A stretch of 64,000 nt of DNA, from the NCBI GenBank assembly GCA_010912705.1, contig POWB01000024.1:7778-71777 (forward strand), read 5' to 3'. Positions 39,956-49,815 of the stretch are shown here, in pieces (the first letter of the stretch is position 1; each line of letters opens with the position of its first letter). A program made the translations under genes and the position numbers. This DNA comes from Halochromatium sp. Its GTDB lineage: Bacteria > Pseudomonadota > Gammaproteobacteria > Chromatiales > Chromatiaceae. The notes beneath the pieces are model-generated. The model was not told the origin of the DNA. It saw nothing but the letters and a program-made list of their open reading frames with translations, and searched no databases.

Positions 39956-41425
39956 ATGACCGATGAGCGCCCACGCATCTTGGCCATCGACGATACACCC
40001 GCTAACCTACTGCTCTTAGGTCGGGCATTAGCGACCGAGTTCGATGTGCAGATCGCCACCTCTGGTGCCGAAGGGCTAGCGCTCGCCACCGAATCGCCGC
40101 CGAATCTGATCCTCCTCGATGTGATGATGCCAGGCCTCGATGGCTTTGAGACTTGCCAGCGGCTCAAGGCCATCCCCGCCCTGCGCGAGATCCCGATCAT
40201 CTTCGTCACTGCCCTCAATGAGCTTGAGTCGGAAGCAAAGGGGCTCAGCTGCGGCGCTGCTGATTACATCACGAAACCGATCCACGTCGGCATCACCATC
40301 CAGCGCATCCGTAACCTGTTAGAGCGCGAGCAGTTGCGTCAAGAGGTCGCCCGTCAGCGCGACGAGCTGGCCGTGCGCGTGCAAGCGCTGCAGCGGCACG
40401 AAGACTGGATGAGCGAGCGCAACCGGATGATCGAGCAGCTGCTCGCCTGCACTAACCGTGAGCAGGCCTACCAGATCATTGAGCAAAGCGCCGCTGCACT
40501 CTTTGCTGACCACGCCGGGTTGCTCGCGGCACCGGATCAGGCCGACCCCAGCCAGCTGCGAGTGGTTGCCCGCTGGGGCGAGACCCCCGCATCCATGCCC
40601 GATCGATTCCCCGCTGAGGTCAGCGATGAGATAACAGATGGCATCACCGAGGCCAAGGCCAGACATCCCTGCGATCAGTTCAGCCAAGGGTCGCCAGACG
40701 CCTCTCTCGAGGTTCTGCTCAGCCTAGGTGGCCAGACCTATGGCCTGTTGCATCTCGACCTCGCCAACGCGCTCGACGCCACCCATTGCCAATCACTGTG
40801 CAGCCTGTGCCTATCCCTTGGCGAGTCGATCAAGCTCGCGCTGGCTAACCTTCGGCTGCAGGAAGAGCTGCGTGAGGCCGCCATTCGCGATTTGCTCACC
40901 GGTCTCTTTAACCGCCGCTACCTCAACGAGACCCTGCCGCGCGAGCTGCACCGTTGCCAGCGTGAGGCCAAGCCGCTGGCCGCCGCGATGTTGGATCTGG
41001 ACCACTTCAAGCGTTTCAACGATCACTATGGTCACGACGCCGGTGATGCCGTGTTGCAGCGGGTGGGTGGTCTGCTCAAGCGTTATCTGCGCGCGGAGGA
41101 TCTTGCCTGCCGCTACGGCGGCGAGGAGCTAACCCTGATTCTGCCCAACGCCACCGCCGATGAGGCTAGGCTAAGGTTGGAGCGCATCCGTCAAGACATC
41201 ATGGCGCTACGCATCTCGCATCAGGATGGAGAGCTACCCGCGATCACCGTCTCCATCGGCATCGCCGCCACGCAGGCCGGTCAGCTCGATGCCACCAAGC
41301 TGCTATCGCGGGCCGATGCCGCGCTCTATCGAGCCAAGGCTGATGGGCGGAATCGGGTGGTGGTGGCGGCAGTGGCCGAGGCTCAGGCTCAGGCGACAGC
41401 CTCAGACAAGGAGCTTAACGCCTAA
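39956..41425 (+). CDS. Response-regulator diguanylate cyclase (REC - GAF-like - GGEEL)
   Basis: ILAIDD, LLDVMMPGLDG, DYITKP; DLLTGLFNRRY; RYGGEEL with RAED I-site. Confidence 0.92.
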   Translation: MTDERPRILAIDDTPANLLLLGRALATEFDVQIATSGAEGLALATESPPNLILLDVMMPGLDGFETCQRLKAIPALREIPIIFVTALNELESEAKGLSCGAADYITKPIHVGITIQRIRNLLEREQLRQEVARQRDELAVRVQALQRHEDWMSERNRMIEQLLACTNREQAYQIIEQSAAALFADHAGLLAAPDQADPSQLRVVARWGETPASMPDRFPAEVSDEITDGITEAKARHPCDQFSQGSPDASLEVLLSLGGQTYGLLHLDLANALDATHCQSLCSLCLSLGESIKLALANLRLQEELREAAIRDLLTGLFNRRYLNETLPRELHRCQREAKPLAAAMLDLDHFKRFNDHYGHDAGDAVLQRVGGLLKRYLRAEDLACRYGGEELTLILPNATADEARLRLERIRQDIMALRISHQDGELPAITVSIGIAATQAGQLDATKLLSRADAALYRAKADGRNRVVVAAVAEAQAQATASDKELNA

Positions 41426-41432
41426 GCTCTGC

Positions 41433-42311
41433 TTATAGATGCTCAACCTCCAACGAATCGCCATAGCAGTCGATGCCCAGACGCTCGGCGACCTTGTAGG
41501 CATTGGGCTCGATCATCGGCGAGATGACGATCAGGCGCGTCGCCTTGCGGTTGTGCTCACGCTCATAGAATCGCGCCTTGCGTTCGAATAGATACATGCC
41601 GCCCTTATCGATCGACGACTTCAGCTCGCAGAGCAGTAGCAGCCCGTTCTTGATGATCACATCCAGCTCGATCTGCTCGGGCTTCCCGAAGACCTCACCG
41701 CTGTCGTCGTAGCCATTGTAATTAATAACCTCAACGCCGAAGTTTTCCTCGAGGATGCCGGCTAAGGCATCGCGAAAGGCCTTCTCCGACTGCAGCCCCC
41801 AACGCGCACCCAAGGCACCAATGCTGCGCTCATGCTTTTTCGCCATGGCCAGCACGGCATCGTTAAGCTTGCGGATTTCCGCTTGGTTTTCCTCCCACTT
41901 GCGGTTTTGCTCATCCCAACGGCGGCTGTCCTCCTCCCACTTGCGGTTTTGCTCATCCCAACGGCGGCTGTCCTCCTCCCACTTGCGGTTTTGCTCATCC
42001 CAACGGCGGCTGTCCTCCTCCCACTTGCGATCTTGCTTTTCCCACTTGCGGCTCTGCTCCTCGCGGTCACGCAGGTAGGCCTCCCAACGCTCGTCGGCGC
42101 GTGCACGACCCGCGCGCAGCTCGTCCATCGCCTGCTGGAACCAATCGGTGGTCTGCGCACGATCCGCATAAGACTCCCCTGTCAGCTCGAGGACAAAGGC
42201 ACGAAAGGCCGGGTCCTCGCGCAGGTAGCCCGGTAACTCGCGCTTAATCACCTCTTTCAGATCGTTCTTCAGATCGCTCTTCAGCACGTCTCTTAGCTCA
42301 GAATCGGTCAT
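41433..42311 (-). CDS. DUF3782-type coiled-coil / PD-(D/E)XK nuclease-like protein
   Basis: W-rich heptad repeats, then IGALGARWG..SE.AFR and ELDVIIKNG...CELKSS. Confidence 0.82.
   Translation of the reverse strand: MTDSELRDVLKSDLKNDLKEVIKRELPGYLREDPAFRAFVLELTGESYADRAQTTDWFQQAMDELRAGRARADERWEAYLRDREEQSRKWEKQDRKWEEDSRRWDEQNRKWEEDSRRWDEQNRKWEEDSRRWDEQNRKWEENQAEIRKLNDAVLAMAKKHERSIGALGARWGLQSEKAFRDALAGILEENFGVEVINYNGYDDSGEVFGKPEQIELDVIIKNGLLLLCELKSSIDKGGMYLFERKARFYEREHNRKATRLIVISPMIEPNAYKVAERLGIDCYGDSLEVEHL
41891..42029. repeat. Perfect 42-bp tandem repeat, about 3.3 copies (encodes RKWEEDSRRWDEQN)
   Basis: CCTCCCACTTGCGGTTTTGCTCATCCCAACGGCGGCTGTCCT at 41891, 41933 and 41975. Confidence 0.95.
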
Positions 42312-42312
42312 C

Positions 42313-42810
42313 TTAATCACCTCGACTGGGCGATAGGCCATCGATCCGTAACAACTGCTGCACCAGATCGCCGGTATCGTCGCGTTGATCCAGATCCTCG
42401 AGCGCGGTCCAGGAATAGTCGACCTCAAGCCGATAGGAGGCCAGATAAGGATGTGGCGGCTCACCGCGCCAATCCTCCGGGGAGAGCATCGAGAAATAAC
42501 GGCCGCCATCAGGCTTGCGATAAAGATGATAGATCTTACCCGGCAGGCGCTTGAAGGCACATTCGGCATGGGTGAGCGCCTGCTCATCGCGAGCTTCATC
42601 GAGCGCCTTGCGCGCCTCAGCCTGCAAGGCCTTGATCTGATCCGCAATCACGCACAGCTTAGCGCTAGTGCGTGCACTCAGCATGGACTCGGCGCGCGCG
42701 ATCTCTTCAGCCAGCTCTGGCGCCTGAAAGGCCGGCGCTAACCGGCTCACCGGATAAGGCGAACTGCGCCCCGAGCCTTGATGCAGCAGGGCCTTCTTCT
42801 CATCAGTCAT
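42313..42810 (-). CDS. DUF2452-domain protein
   Basis: SSPYPVSRLAP...IADQIKALQ.EA...F..LPGKIYHLY...SMLSPEDW. Confidence 0.8.
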   Translation of the reverse strand: MTDEKKALLHQGSGRSSPYPVSRLAPAFQAPELAEEIARAESMLSARTSAKLCVIADQIKALQAEARKALDEARDEQALTHAECAFKRLPGKIYHLYRKPDGGRYFSMLSPEDWRGEPPHPYLASYRLEVDYSWTALEDLDQRDDTGDLVQQLLRIDGLSPSRGD

Positions 42811-42867
42811 TAGTTTTCCTAATTTGTCGCTTACTTGTCGCTTACTCAGAATCGCTCGATCCTCAAG

Positions 42868-42909
42868 CTAATTACCACTCACTAATTACCACTCACCACT
42901 CACCACTCA
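42868..42909. repeat. Intergenic 7/14-bp short tandem repeats
   Basis: CTAATTACCACTCA x2 followed by CCACTCA x2. Confidence 0.8.
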
Positions 42910-43704
42910 CTGCTGCAAAGTACGGCCACCATCAACGGCGATGATCTGACCGGTGATGTAATCGGCATCGCGCACCAAGAACAGCAAGGTGCGGGCGATG
43001 TCATCCGGCGTTCCCGCGCGCCTAAGCGCAGTGCGAGACAGGATCTCATCCTTAGCTGCGTCAGAGAGCCCCTGCTCCGGCCAGAGGATGGCACCCGGCG
43101 AGATGCCGTTGACGCGCACCTCGGGACCAAGCTCGCGCGCTAAGGTCTTCACCATCATCGCATTGCCGGCCTTGGCGATCGAATAGATGGGATGCGCCTT
43201 GAGCGGCCGCTGGGAGTGGATGTCGACCAGATTGATGACCGCGCCACGGCTCTTGCGCAACAGTGGTGCTGCCGCACGCGTCAGAAAGAATGGACCTTTC
43301 AGGTTTGATCCGAGCAGACTCTCCCACTGCGCCTCGGTTGCCTCGTCGAGTGGCGTCGGATAGAAGCTTGAGGCATTGTTGACGAGCACATCAAGGCGCC
43401 CAAAGCCGTCTTCAACCTCAGCGACCAGTCCCGTCAGACGCGGGATATCGCAAAGGTCGGCTTGCAGCAGTTGCACTGAGTCTTTGCGCTCGTCCTCAAG
43501 TGCCTGCTGTAAGGTCGCAGCGGCCTCTCGGGAGTGGTGAAAATGCAGTGCCAGATTAGCGCCTTCGGCATGCAGCAGCCGCGCGATCCGAGCCCCAATG
43601 CGATGTGCCGCGCCGGTGATCAAGGCGACCTTGCCACTCAGCGAGCCCTGTTCTGGGGTGGCTAGCGGCAGAGGCGATGAAGGAGGGGATGGCTGATCAG
43701 TCAA
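42907..43704 (-). CDS. Pteridine reductase (FolM/PTR1-like SDR)
   Basis: ALITGAAHRIG, LVNNASSFYPT, YSIAK, VRVNGISPGAILWP, YITGQIIAVDGG; TTG start with GGAG RBS. Confidence 0.9.
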   Translation of the reverse strand: MTDQPSPPSSPLPLATPEQGSLSGKVALITGAAHRIGARIARLLHAEGANLALHFHHSREAAATLQQALEDERKDSVQLLQADLCDIPRLTGLVAEVEDGFGRLDVLVNNASSFYPTPLDEATEAQWESLLGSNLKGPFFLTRAAAPLLRKSRGAVINLVDIHSQRPLKAHPIYSIAKAGNAMMVKTLARELGPEVRVNGISPGAILWPEQGLSDAAKDEILSRTALRRAGTPDDIARTLLFLVRDADYITGQIIAVDGGRTLQQ

Positions 43705-43920
43705 TGAGGTCTCCAGTTGGATTATCCTGAGGCCGTTTTCGGAACCGCTTGTACCACAGAGCGCGGGACTTGACGGATCATCAAACAGCAACAGCCTAGC
43801 TTAAGAAGCTTTCAATGCGCATCTGTGGTTTAAAGGATGATGCAAGAACGACTTCTGAATTCGCAGGCGAGGCATGAGCCTTGACATCGCAGACTAACAG
43901 AACACTGATGGAATCCAACG

Positions 43921-45162
43921 ATGGCTAATGCCGAGGACAATGCGATCCAACACCAGCAGGCGCTTAAGCAGGCGCTTATAGACTTGATCCGCACTGAGAT
44001 CAGCGCCGCGGGCGGTCAGCTAGCGTTCGACCGCTTTATGGACCTCGCGCTCTACGCGCCGGGGCTTGGCTATTATGTCGCCGGTGCCGCAAAGTTGGGA
44101 CCGGAAGGCGACTTTGTCACCGCCCCTGAGATTTCACCGCTGTTTGCACGCTGTCTCGCCGTCGCCTGTCGGGAGGTACTGAGCCAGATCAAGCAGCAGC
44201 ACAGCGGCAGCAATGGCAGCAATAATGATCCCGCGGGCAAGGGCGCAGTGCCAAGCAGCGGTGCCGATCTGCTCGAGCTTGGCGCCGGCACCGGCGCGCT
44301 AGCCGCTGAGCTTCTCGCCAGCCTTGCCGCGCAAGGCCCCTTGCCAGAACGTTATCTGATCCTTGAGCCCAGTCCCGATTTGGCCGCGCGCCAGCGCCAG
44401 ACCCTCGCCAGGCGCGTGCCTGAGCTGCTCGCGCGCTGTCACTGGCTCGATCGACTACCGGACCGATTCGATGGCATCGTCATCGCCAACGAGGTGTTGG
44501 ACGCGATGCCGGTCAATCGGTTTCAGATCGGCGGCGCGGGACAGGTCCAAGAGGTCTGCGTCGCCACCGATGGCCAGGGCTTCAGCGATTGCCTCTCGGA
44601 ATCGGCATCGCCGGCGCTGCAACAGGCAGTCCTCGCCTTGCAGGCAGACGGCCTCGCCACCCAGCCAGGCTACTGCTCGGAGATCAACCTTCGGCTGGCG
44701 CCCTGGACCCAGGCGCTCGGCAGGATGCTTGGCACGGGCCTGCTCTTGGTCATCGATTACGGTTATCCGCGTACCGAGCTTTATCTGGCCGAGCGCAATC
44801 AGGGCACCCTGATGTGCCACAGCCGCCACCAAGCGCAGGGCGACCCCTACCGCGACATCGGTTTACAAGATCTCACCGCTCACATCGACTTCAGCGCCCT
44901 CGCTGAGGCCGGCATCGCTGCCGGGCTGACAGTCGCCGGCTATACCACCCAAGCCAACTTTCTCATCGGCTGCGGCATCGATGCGCTGATCGCCGAGGCT
45001 GCAGCCGACCCCATGGCCATGCTGGAACTCACCGCCGGCGCCAAACAACTCCTGCTGCCGAGCCTGATGGGCGAGCGATTCCAGGTCATGGGTCTGAGCA
45101 GGGGGCTCAACGACCTCTTGCTCAGCGGCTTTTCAGTGCGCGACCTAAGCGCCCGGCTCTGA
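43921..45162 (+). CDS. SAM-dependent methyltransferase (MidA/NDUFAF7 family)
   Basis: FDRFMDLALYAPGLGYY, GDFVTAPEIS, LELGAGTG, ANEVLDAMP, IDYG, QDLTAHIDF. Confidence 0.92.
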   Translation: MANAEDNAIQHQQALKQALIDLIRTEISAAGGQLAFDRFMDLALYAPGLGYYVAGAAKLGPEGDFVTAPEISPLFARCLAVACREVLSQIKQQHSGSNGSNNDPAGKGAVPSSGADLLELGAGTGALAAELLASLAAQGPLPERYLILEPSPDLAARQRQTLARRVPELLARCHWLDRLPDRFDGIVIANEVLDAMPVNRFQIGGAGQVQEVCVATDGQGFSDCLSESASPALQQAVLALQADGLATQPGYCSEINLRLAPWTQALGRMLGTGLLLVIDYGYPRTELYLAERNQGTLMCHSRHQAQGDPYRDIGLQDLTAHIDFSALAEAGIAAGLTVAGYTTQANFLIGCGIDALIAEAAADPMAMLELTAGAKQLLLPSLMGERFQVMGLSRGLNDLLLSGFSVRDLSARL

Positions 45163-45187
45163 TCTACCCTGGGCTTGGCGATCCCAC

Positions 45188-46090
45188 CTAGCCTAGGTAG
45201 GTCGGCACGATGGTCTCGATCGCAGTTGGATGGATGCCAAGCTCAAGCAGCCCATCGTGCTCGCCGCAGACACTTGGGGTCTGCATCGACCAATAATTAT
45301 CCATGGTAAACGGCTTGCCTGGTAATCGCTCAAACAGCTGCGCCTGCCAGCGCGAGGCGCGATCGTTGAGGCCGATCAGGAGACAGCGTTTGCCGGTCCA
45401 GCGCGCGGTCTGCTCGACCAACTCCTCTAGGCGAAACACCCGCGGACCACAGAGATCGTAGCGTCGGCCAATGCTGCCAGGATCATATAACATGCGCTTA
45501 ATCGCCTCACAGACATCGCCAACCCAGACCGGCGCAAAGCGCGCATCCGGGCAAGCCAGCGGAAAGACGCCTGGTGTCATCTCGAGCAAGGACGCGAAGC
45601 GATTAAAGAAGCTGTCACCGCGACCAAAGATCACCGATGGACGCAGGCTGGTGACCTGCAAGCCTTCGGCCTGATGCGCGAGGTCCTCACCGGCACCTTT
45701 CGAGCGCAGATAGGCACTGCCGCCTCCGGTCGCATCCGCATTCAGCGCGCTCATCTGGATCAGCCGCGGCACACCAGCCGCTTGCGCTGCCGCGGTCAGC
45801 TCAAGCACCAGCTCGACATGAACGCGCTCGAAGGTCGTGCGGCCGTCCTCATTGAGGATGCCAATCAGGTTGACCACCGCATCACAGCCAGCAAGCAGCT
45901 CGGCCAGGGTCGCCTGATCAAGGCGATCGACCGGGATCAGGCTGAGATGCTGGATGAGCTTGAGGTCGCGATGCCGATGCGGCCTGCGTGTCGGTACTCG
46001 GCAATGCCAACCGGCCTCACCAAGCCGTTGAACCAGATGCTGGCCAACAAAGCCGGCGCCACCGAGGATACAAATTGTCTTGGTTCTCAT
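45188..46090 (-). CDS. NDUFA9-like NAD-dependent epimerase/dehydratase
   Basis: ILGGAGFVG, VVNLIGIL, MSALNA, YLRSK..GE, RPSVIFG, PVWVGDV. Confidence 0.9.
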   Translation of the reverse strand: MRTKTICILGGAGFVGQHLVQRLGEAGWHCRVPTRRPHRHRDLKLIQHLSLIPVDRLDQATLAELLAGCDAVVNLIGILNEDGRTTFERVHVELVLELTAAAQAAGVPRLIQMSALNADATGGGSAYLRSKGAGEDLAHQAEGLQVTSLRPSVIFGRGDSFFNRFASLLEMTPGVFPLACPDARFAPVWVGDVCEAIKRMLYDPGSIGRRYDLCGPRVFRLEELVEQTARWTGKRCLLIGLNDRASRWQAQLFERLPGKPFTMDNYWSMQTPSVCGEHDGLLELGIHPTAIETIVPTYLG

Positions 46091-46171
46091 CGGACTCCTT
46101 GAAGATCGCGCCTTTGGTCTGGCGCGGCTGGGGCCCATGCTGGGGAACAGCGGGCGATCTGGTCGCGTATT

Positions 46172-47002
46172 ATGCCCGATCAGCGCCCCAAATCGACCGC
46201 AGCCAACGTGGACCCACTCGCCCTTGTCGCCTATCTCACCACTGGCGCAGTCGCCGGACTGCTGGCCGGACTGCTTGGCATCGGCGGTGGCGCGCTCATT
46301 GTCCCCGCGCTCATCGCCATCTTCAGCTACCTACATCTCGATAGCAATTGGGCGCCGCATCTTGCCGTCGCCACCTCATTGGCTACCATCATCGCTACCG
46401 GCTCGGTCTCGGCCTACGCCCATCATCGCCGCGGTGCCCTTGATTGGCCTATCTTTCGCGTGCTGAGCCCGGCCCTGCTCATCGGTGCTGGCATTGGGGC
46501 CTTATTTGGGGGTGAGATCACGCCACTCTGGCTACAGCGCCTGTTCGCGGTCTTTTTGTTCTATAGCGGGGTGCGCATGCTAGTGCGCAAGCCACAGACC
46601 TCGACCAAACCCTTACCACCGCGACCACGACTGCTTGGCACCGGGATTGGCTTCGGCGCCTTATCGGCATTGCTTGGTGTTGGTGGTGGCGTCTTGGTGG
46701 TGCCCTTTCTCGCCCGCCACGGCATTGAGCTGCGACGCGCTGTCGGAACGGCCAGCGCCTGCGGTGTGCCGATCGCGGCAGCCGGCAGCCTAGGCTTCAT
46801 CCTCTCCGGCTGGGACCGTAGCGGACTGCCAGCACAGAGCCTCGGTTTCCTATACTGGCCTGCGGCAGTGGCGATTGTGGCGACCAGCATGCCGTTCGCC
46901 AACCTGGGCGCGCGGCTCGCCCATCGGCTTCCGACGCAAGCCCTGAAGCAGGTGTTTGCGCTGCTGCTGCTCTTGGTCGGTGTCGGTCTACTACGCGGCT
47001 AA
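46172..47002 (+). CDS. TauE/SafE family sulfite exporter
   Basis: AGLLGIGGG..IVP, AVATSLA, SALLGVGGG, AVGTAS. Confidence 0.9.
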   Translation: MPDQRPKSTAANVDPLALVAYLTTGAVAGLLAGLLGIGGGALIVPALIAIFSYLHLDSNWAPHLAVATSLATIIATGSVSAYAHHRRGALDWPIFRVLSPALLIGAGIGALFGGEITPLWLQRLFAVFLFYSGVRMLVRKPQTSTKPLPPRPRLLGTGIGFGALSALLGVGGGVLVVPFLARHGIELRRAVGTASACGVPIAAAGSLGFILSGWDRSGLPAQSLGFLYWPAAVAIVATSMPFANLGARLAHRLPTQALKQVFALLLLLVGVGLLRG

Positions 47003-47031
47003 GTCAAGACTAGACTTAGGTCGCGATACAC

Positions 47032-47655
47032 TCAGTCCGCGGCGTCGCTAGCGCCGAAGGGAAGCGCAAAGGCTGGCTCATCGAGCCAGAGTCGGCGATA
47101 GAGGTAGATGCTACCCGCAGCATCGCGCAGCACCAGTCGCCCGCGCTGCTCCGCGAGCTCATAGGCGCGCACCGTCTCTGACTGCGGCTCATAGAGCGCG
47201 ATACGATCACCTCGGCGCTGGAACAGGCCCTCGAGATGCCCGCCTTGGGCGGCCTGTAGCCGAAAGCGATGACCACGGATGATCATCAGCCCACCGTCAC
47301 GCCCTTCCCAGATACCGTCTAGACCGCTCGCACCAGTGCCCCAGGGCCAGCCCCTGCTGCCCGCCATCTGATCGGCCATGCCCTGCATGCCAAAGGCCTT
47401 GATCGGATCGGTAAAGGCGTTATAACCGGGTATCTGCGCCCAGGGCATCTGGCCGTAGCCAAAAGAGGCCATGCCCGGCATCATCGAGGGCATGGCTGGC
47501 GCAGCCGGACCGGAATCCTCATCGAAAAGCCCCATCGCCTCCATCATCCGCGCCATCGCCTTGGCCATCAAATCGGCCGCATCGCTTGCGGAAGCACTCG
47601 CAGGGAGCATCACCGACAGGCTCAGGGCTAGAGCAATCAAGGCAGGAAAACGCAT
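47032..47655 (-). CDS. Secreted hypothetical protein
   Basis: Signal peptide MRFPALIALALSL...ASA; Met-rich helix; C-terminal beta domain LDGIWEG...YRR. Confidence 0.7.
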   Translation of the reverse strand: MRFPALIALALSLSVMLPASASASDAADLMAKAMARMMEAMGLFDEDSGPAAPAMPSMMPGMASFGYGQMPWAQIPGYNAFTDPIKAFGMQGMADQMAGSRGWPWGTGASGLDGIWEGRDGGLMIIRGHRFRLQAAQGGHLEGLFQRRGDRIALYEPQSETVRAYELAEQRGRLVLRDAAGSIYLYRRLWLDEPAFALPFGASDAAD

Positions 47656-47745
47656 AGTGAAGCAGGGACAAGATTCAAGGCCGCGATGACAATCAATCAC
47701 AGCTGATCAGCATAACAGAGGCTACTGATCGACCCGCGATCTTCA

Positions 47746-49761
47746 TCATCGAACTCGGCGCAGCAAGGCGCCAACACGCAAGGGTGGCAGGCCGAGCCGA
47801 TGACGATAGAAGACGCGATAGGTCAATACGCGCCGCACATACTGCCGCGTCTCGCGATAGGGGATCTCGGTCAGCCAGAGGTCACCGGCTATCGGCTCCT
47901 CGGGCAGCCAGCGGCTAACCGCGGTGGGGCCGGCATTGTAAGCGGCACTGGCGAGCAACGGATGGCCATCGAAGCGTTGCTGCATCTGCGCGAGATAGGC
48001 CGTACCCAATGCGATGTTAAGCGCCGGATCGATCAGATCGAGCCGCTCAGGCTCCGGCAGCCCAGACTTGAGCGCTACCTCACGGGCCGTCGGCGGCATC
48101 AGCTGCATCAGGCCAATGGCGCCGGCATGCGAGGCAATGTCCGGATCAAAGGCGCTCTCTTGGCGGATGACGGCATAGACCCAGTCCAACGGCAGGCCCT
48201 GCTGCGTGGCTGCTGTGCGCGCTTGGTCGGCGTAGGCAAGCGGAAAGCGCAGATCGAGATCATCCCAATAGGCGGCCTGAGACAGGGCCAGGATCGACTC
48301 ATTGGCCAATCCGAGCTGCGCTGCCGCCGCCGCGGCGACGAGCTTCTGCTCGCGCGGCATCAGGCGCACCAGCTCCAGCCATTCGCGCCGTACCTCGGTA
48401 TCGCGTCCTAATGCCTTTAAGGTCTTCATGCGCGCAACAGTATCGGAGCGCAGCAGTGCCTTCAGGGCGCGCCGTTGGACGGGCACCGGCCGATGCTTGA
48501 GTGCCGGCGGGCGTCCGATTAGCTCCGCGGCGAGGAAGCCCCAGAGCGTGCGCTCCTCAGCCGCCGCCGCAAAGGCATGCGCCGCGGCAGCGCGATCTAG
48601 CGGGTCGGTGGCAACCTGCAGCAGTGCCTTACCCCGCCAGTAGCGCCATTTGCCAAGCTCATCCGCAGCAGGGGGCAGTTGCTCTGACCAATCCGCAAGC
48701 GGTTGCCAGGCACGCAGCCGTAGCGCGATTCGCAGACGCTGGAGCTGCAGGTCTTGATTGTCGATGCGCGGCTCGAGCTGAGCCAGATACTCGAGACCCC
48801 TGAGATCACCAGCCAGCGCCAGGGCCTTGCCAACAGCGGCATCGGCCCGTTCGGCGAGCACCACGGGTAACTGCTCCGCCGCTCCAATCGAGGCCCGCAG
48901 TTGTTCGGCGGTGCTCGGCGCTTCCGCAGCAAGCCGCTGCAGACCATAGACTAGGATCTGTTGTCGCCGCGCCGCATCCGCGACCCGCTCGGCGGTGATC
49001 GCCTCCTCGAGCAGCAACGATGGTCGTCGATGCACGGCCAACATTAGCTCGAGCCAAGGCTCCTGCTCAGCGGGCAGATAGCGCGCCTGATAGGCGGCGA
49101 CCCCTAAATTGCCAGCGTATAACGCCCGCTCGATGCGCGCCCAGACCAGCTCGCTTCTGAGCCCGCCTACCTCGGACCAGATCGCAAAGAGCGGATCGCA
49201 GTCCGAGGGCAACGAGCGCCCAGTCAGATAGAGATCGGCGAGCTCAGAGAAGGCGGCAACCGGCTGCCCGGTCCCGAGTAGCGCACGCCGATGCCAGCAG
49301 TCGCGCTCGGTCGACCCATTATCGACATGCGCTGCCAGATAGTCTGACCAACGCCGCTCGCGCACCAGCCGACGCAGCCATAGCTCGCGTAGGCGCTCAG
49401 CCGCGACAGAACCCTGGTGGCGGGAGAGAAAGCGGTTCACCTCCTTGGCATCGGCCACCTCGAGTCGTGACTCTAGATCAGCGTAAGCGAGATCCGCCGG
49501 CGACGCCGATCCTGGTTGTCTAGCTTGGCTTGCGGCTGACTCAGCCTTGCCATGTTGATCCGCTGCGATCGAAGCATCTAGGGCCTGCATCTTATTATCC
49601 GGCTTCTCTCGACCTTGGTCTTCAGTGGCATCAAGCACTGCCGGCACGAGCAAAGTGAGGCCAACGTAGGCCGTGAGACACAGCAAGAGGCGCCACAGCA
49701 GTGGCTGCAATCGGCCCTGCGCTGACGCTGCCCCGATTGATTTGTGTCGAATAGCGTTCAT
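47746..49761 (-). CDS. slt: Soluble lytic murein transglycosylase (Slt70-like)
   Basis: AVIRQESAF, GAIGLMQLMP.TA, NIALGTAYL, AAYNAGP, IPYRETRQYV. Confidence 0.9.
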   Translation of the reverse strand: MNAIRHKSIGAASAQGRLQPLLWRLLLCLTAYVGLTLLVPAVLDATEDQGREKPDNKMQALDASIAADQHGKAESAASQARQPGSASPADLAYADLESRLEVADAKEVNRFLSRHQGSVAAERLRELWLRRLVRERRWSDYLAAHVDNGSTERDCWHRRALLGTGQPVAAFSELADLYLTGRSLPSDCDPLFAIWSEVGGLRSELVWARIERALYAGNLGVAAYQARYLPAEQEPWLELMLAVHRRPSLLLEEAITAERVADAARRQQILVYGLQRLAAEAPSTAEQLRASIGAAEQLPVVLAERADAAVGKALALAGDLRGLEYLAQLEPRIDNQDLQLQRLRIALRLRAWQPLADWSEQLPPAADELGKWRYWRGKALLQVATDPLDRAAAAHAFAAAAEERTLWGFLAAELIGRPPALKHRPVPVQRRALKALLRSDTVARMKTLKALGRDTEVRREWLELVRLMPREQKLVAAAAAAQLGLANESILALSQAAYWDDLDLRFPLAYADQARTAATQQGLPLDWVYAVIRQESAFDPDIASHAGAIGLMQLMPPTAREVALKSGLPEPERLDLIDPALNIALGTAYLAQMQQRFDGHPLLASAAYNAGPTAVSRWLPEEPIAGDLWLTEIPYRETRQYVRRVLTYRVFYRHRLGLPPLRVGALLRRVR

Positions 49762-49815
49762 CTGACTCTCGCAACCCTATCGAAACCAACCGCCACATCA
49801 ACGCTAAGCATCATC

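Noticed and set aside
41891-42029. Possible CRISPR array
   Set aside because: Units are contiguous with no unique spacers, are in-frame coding, and no cas genes are present.
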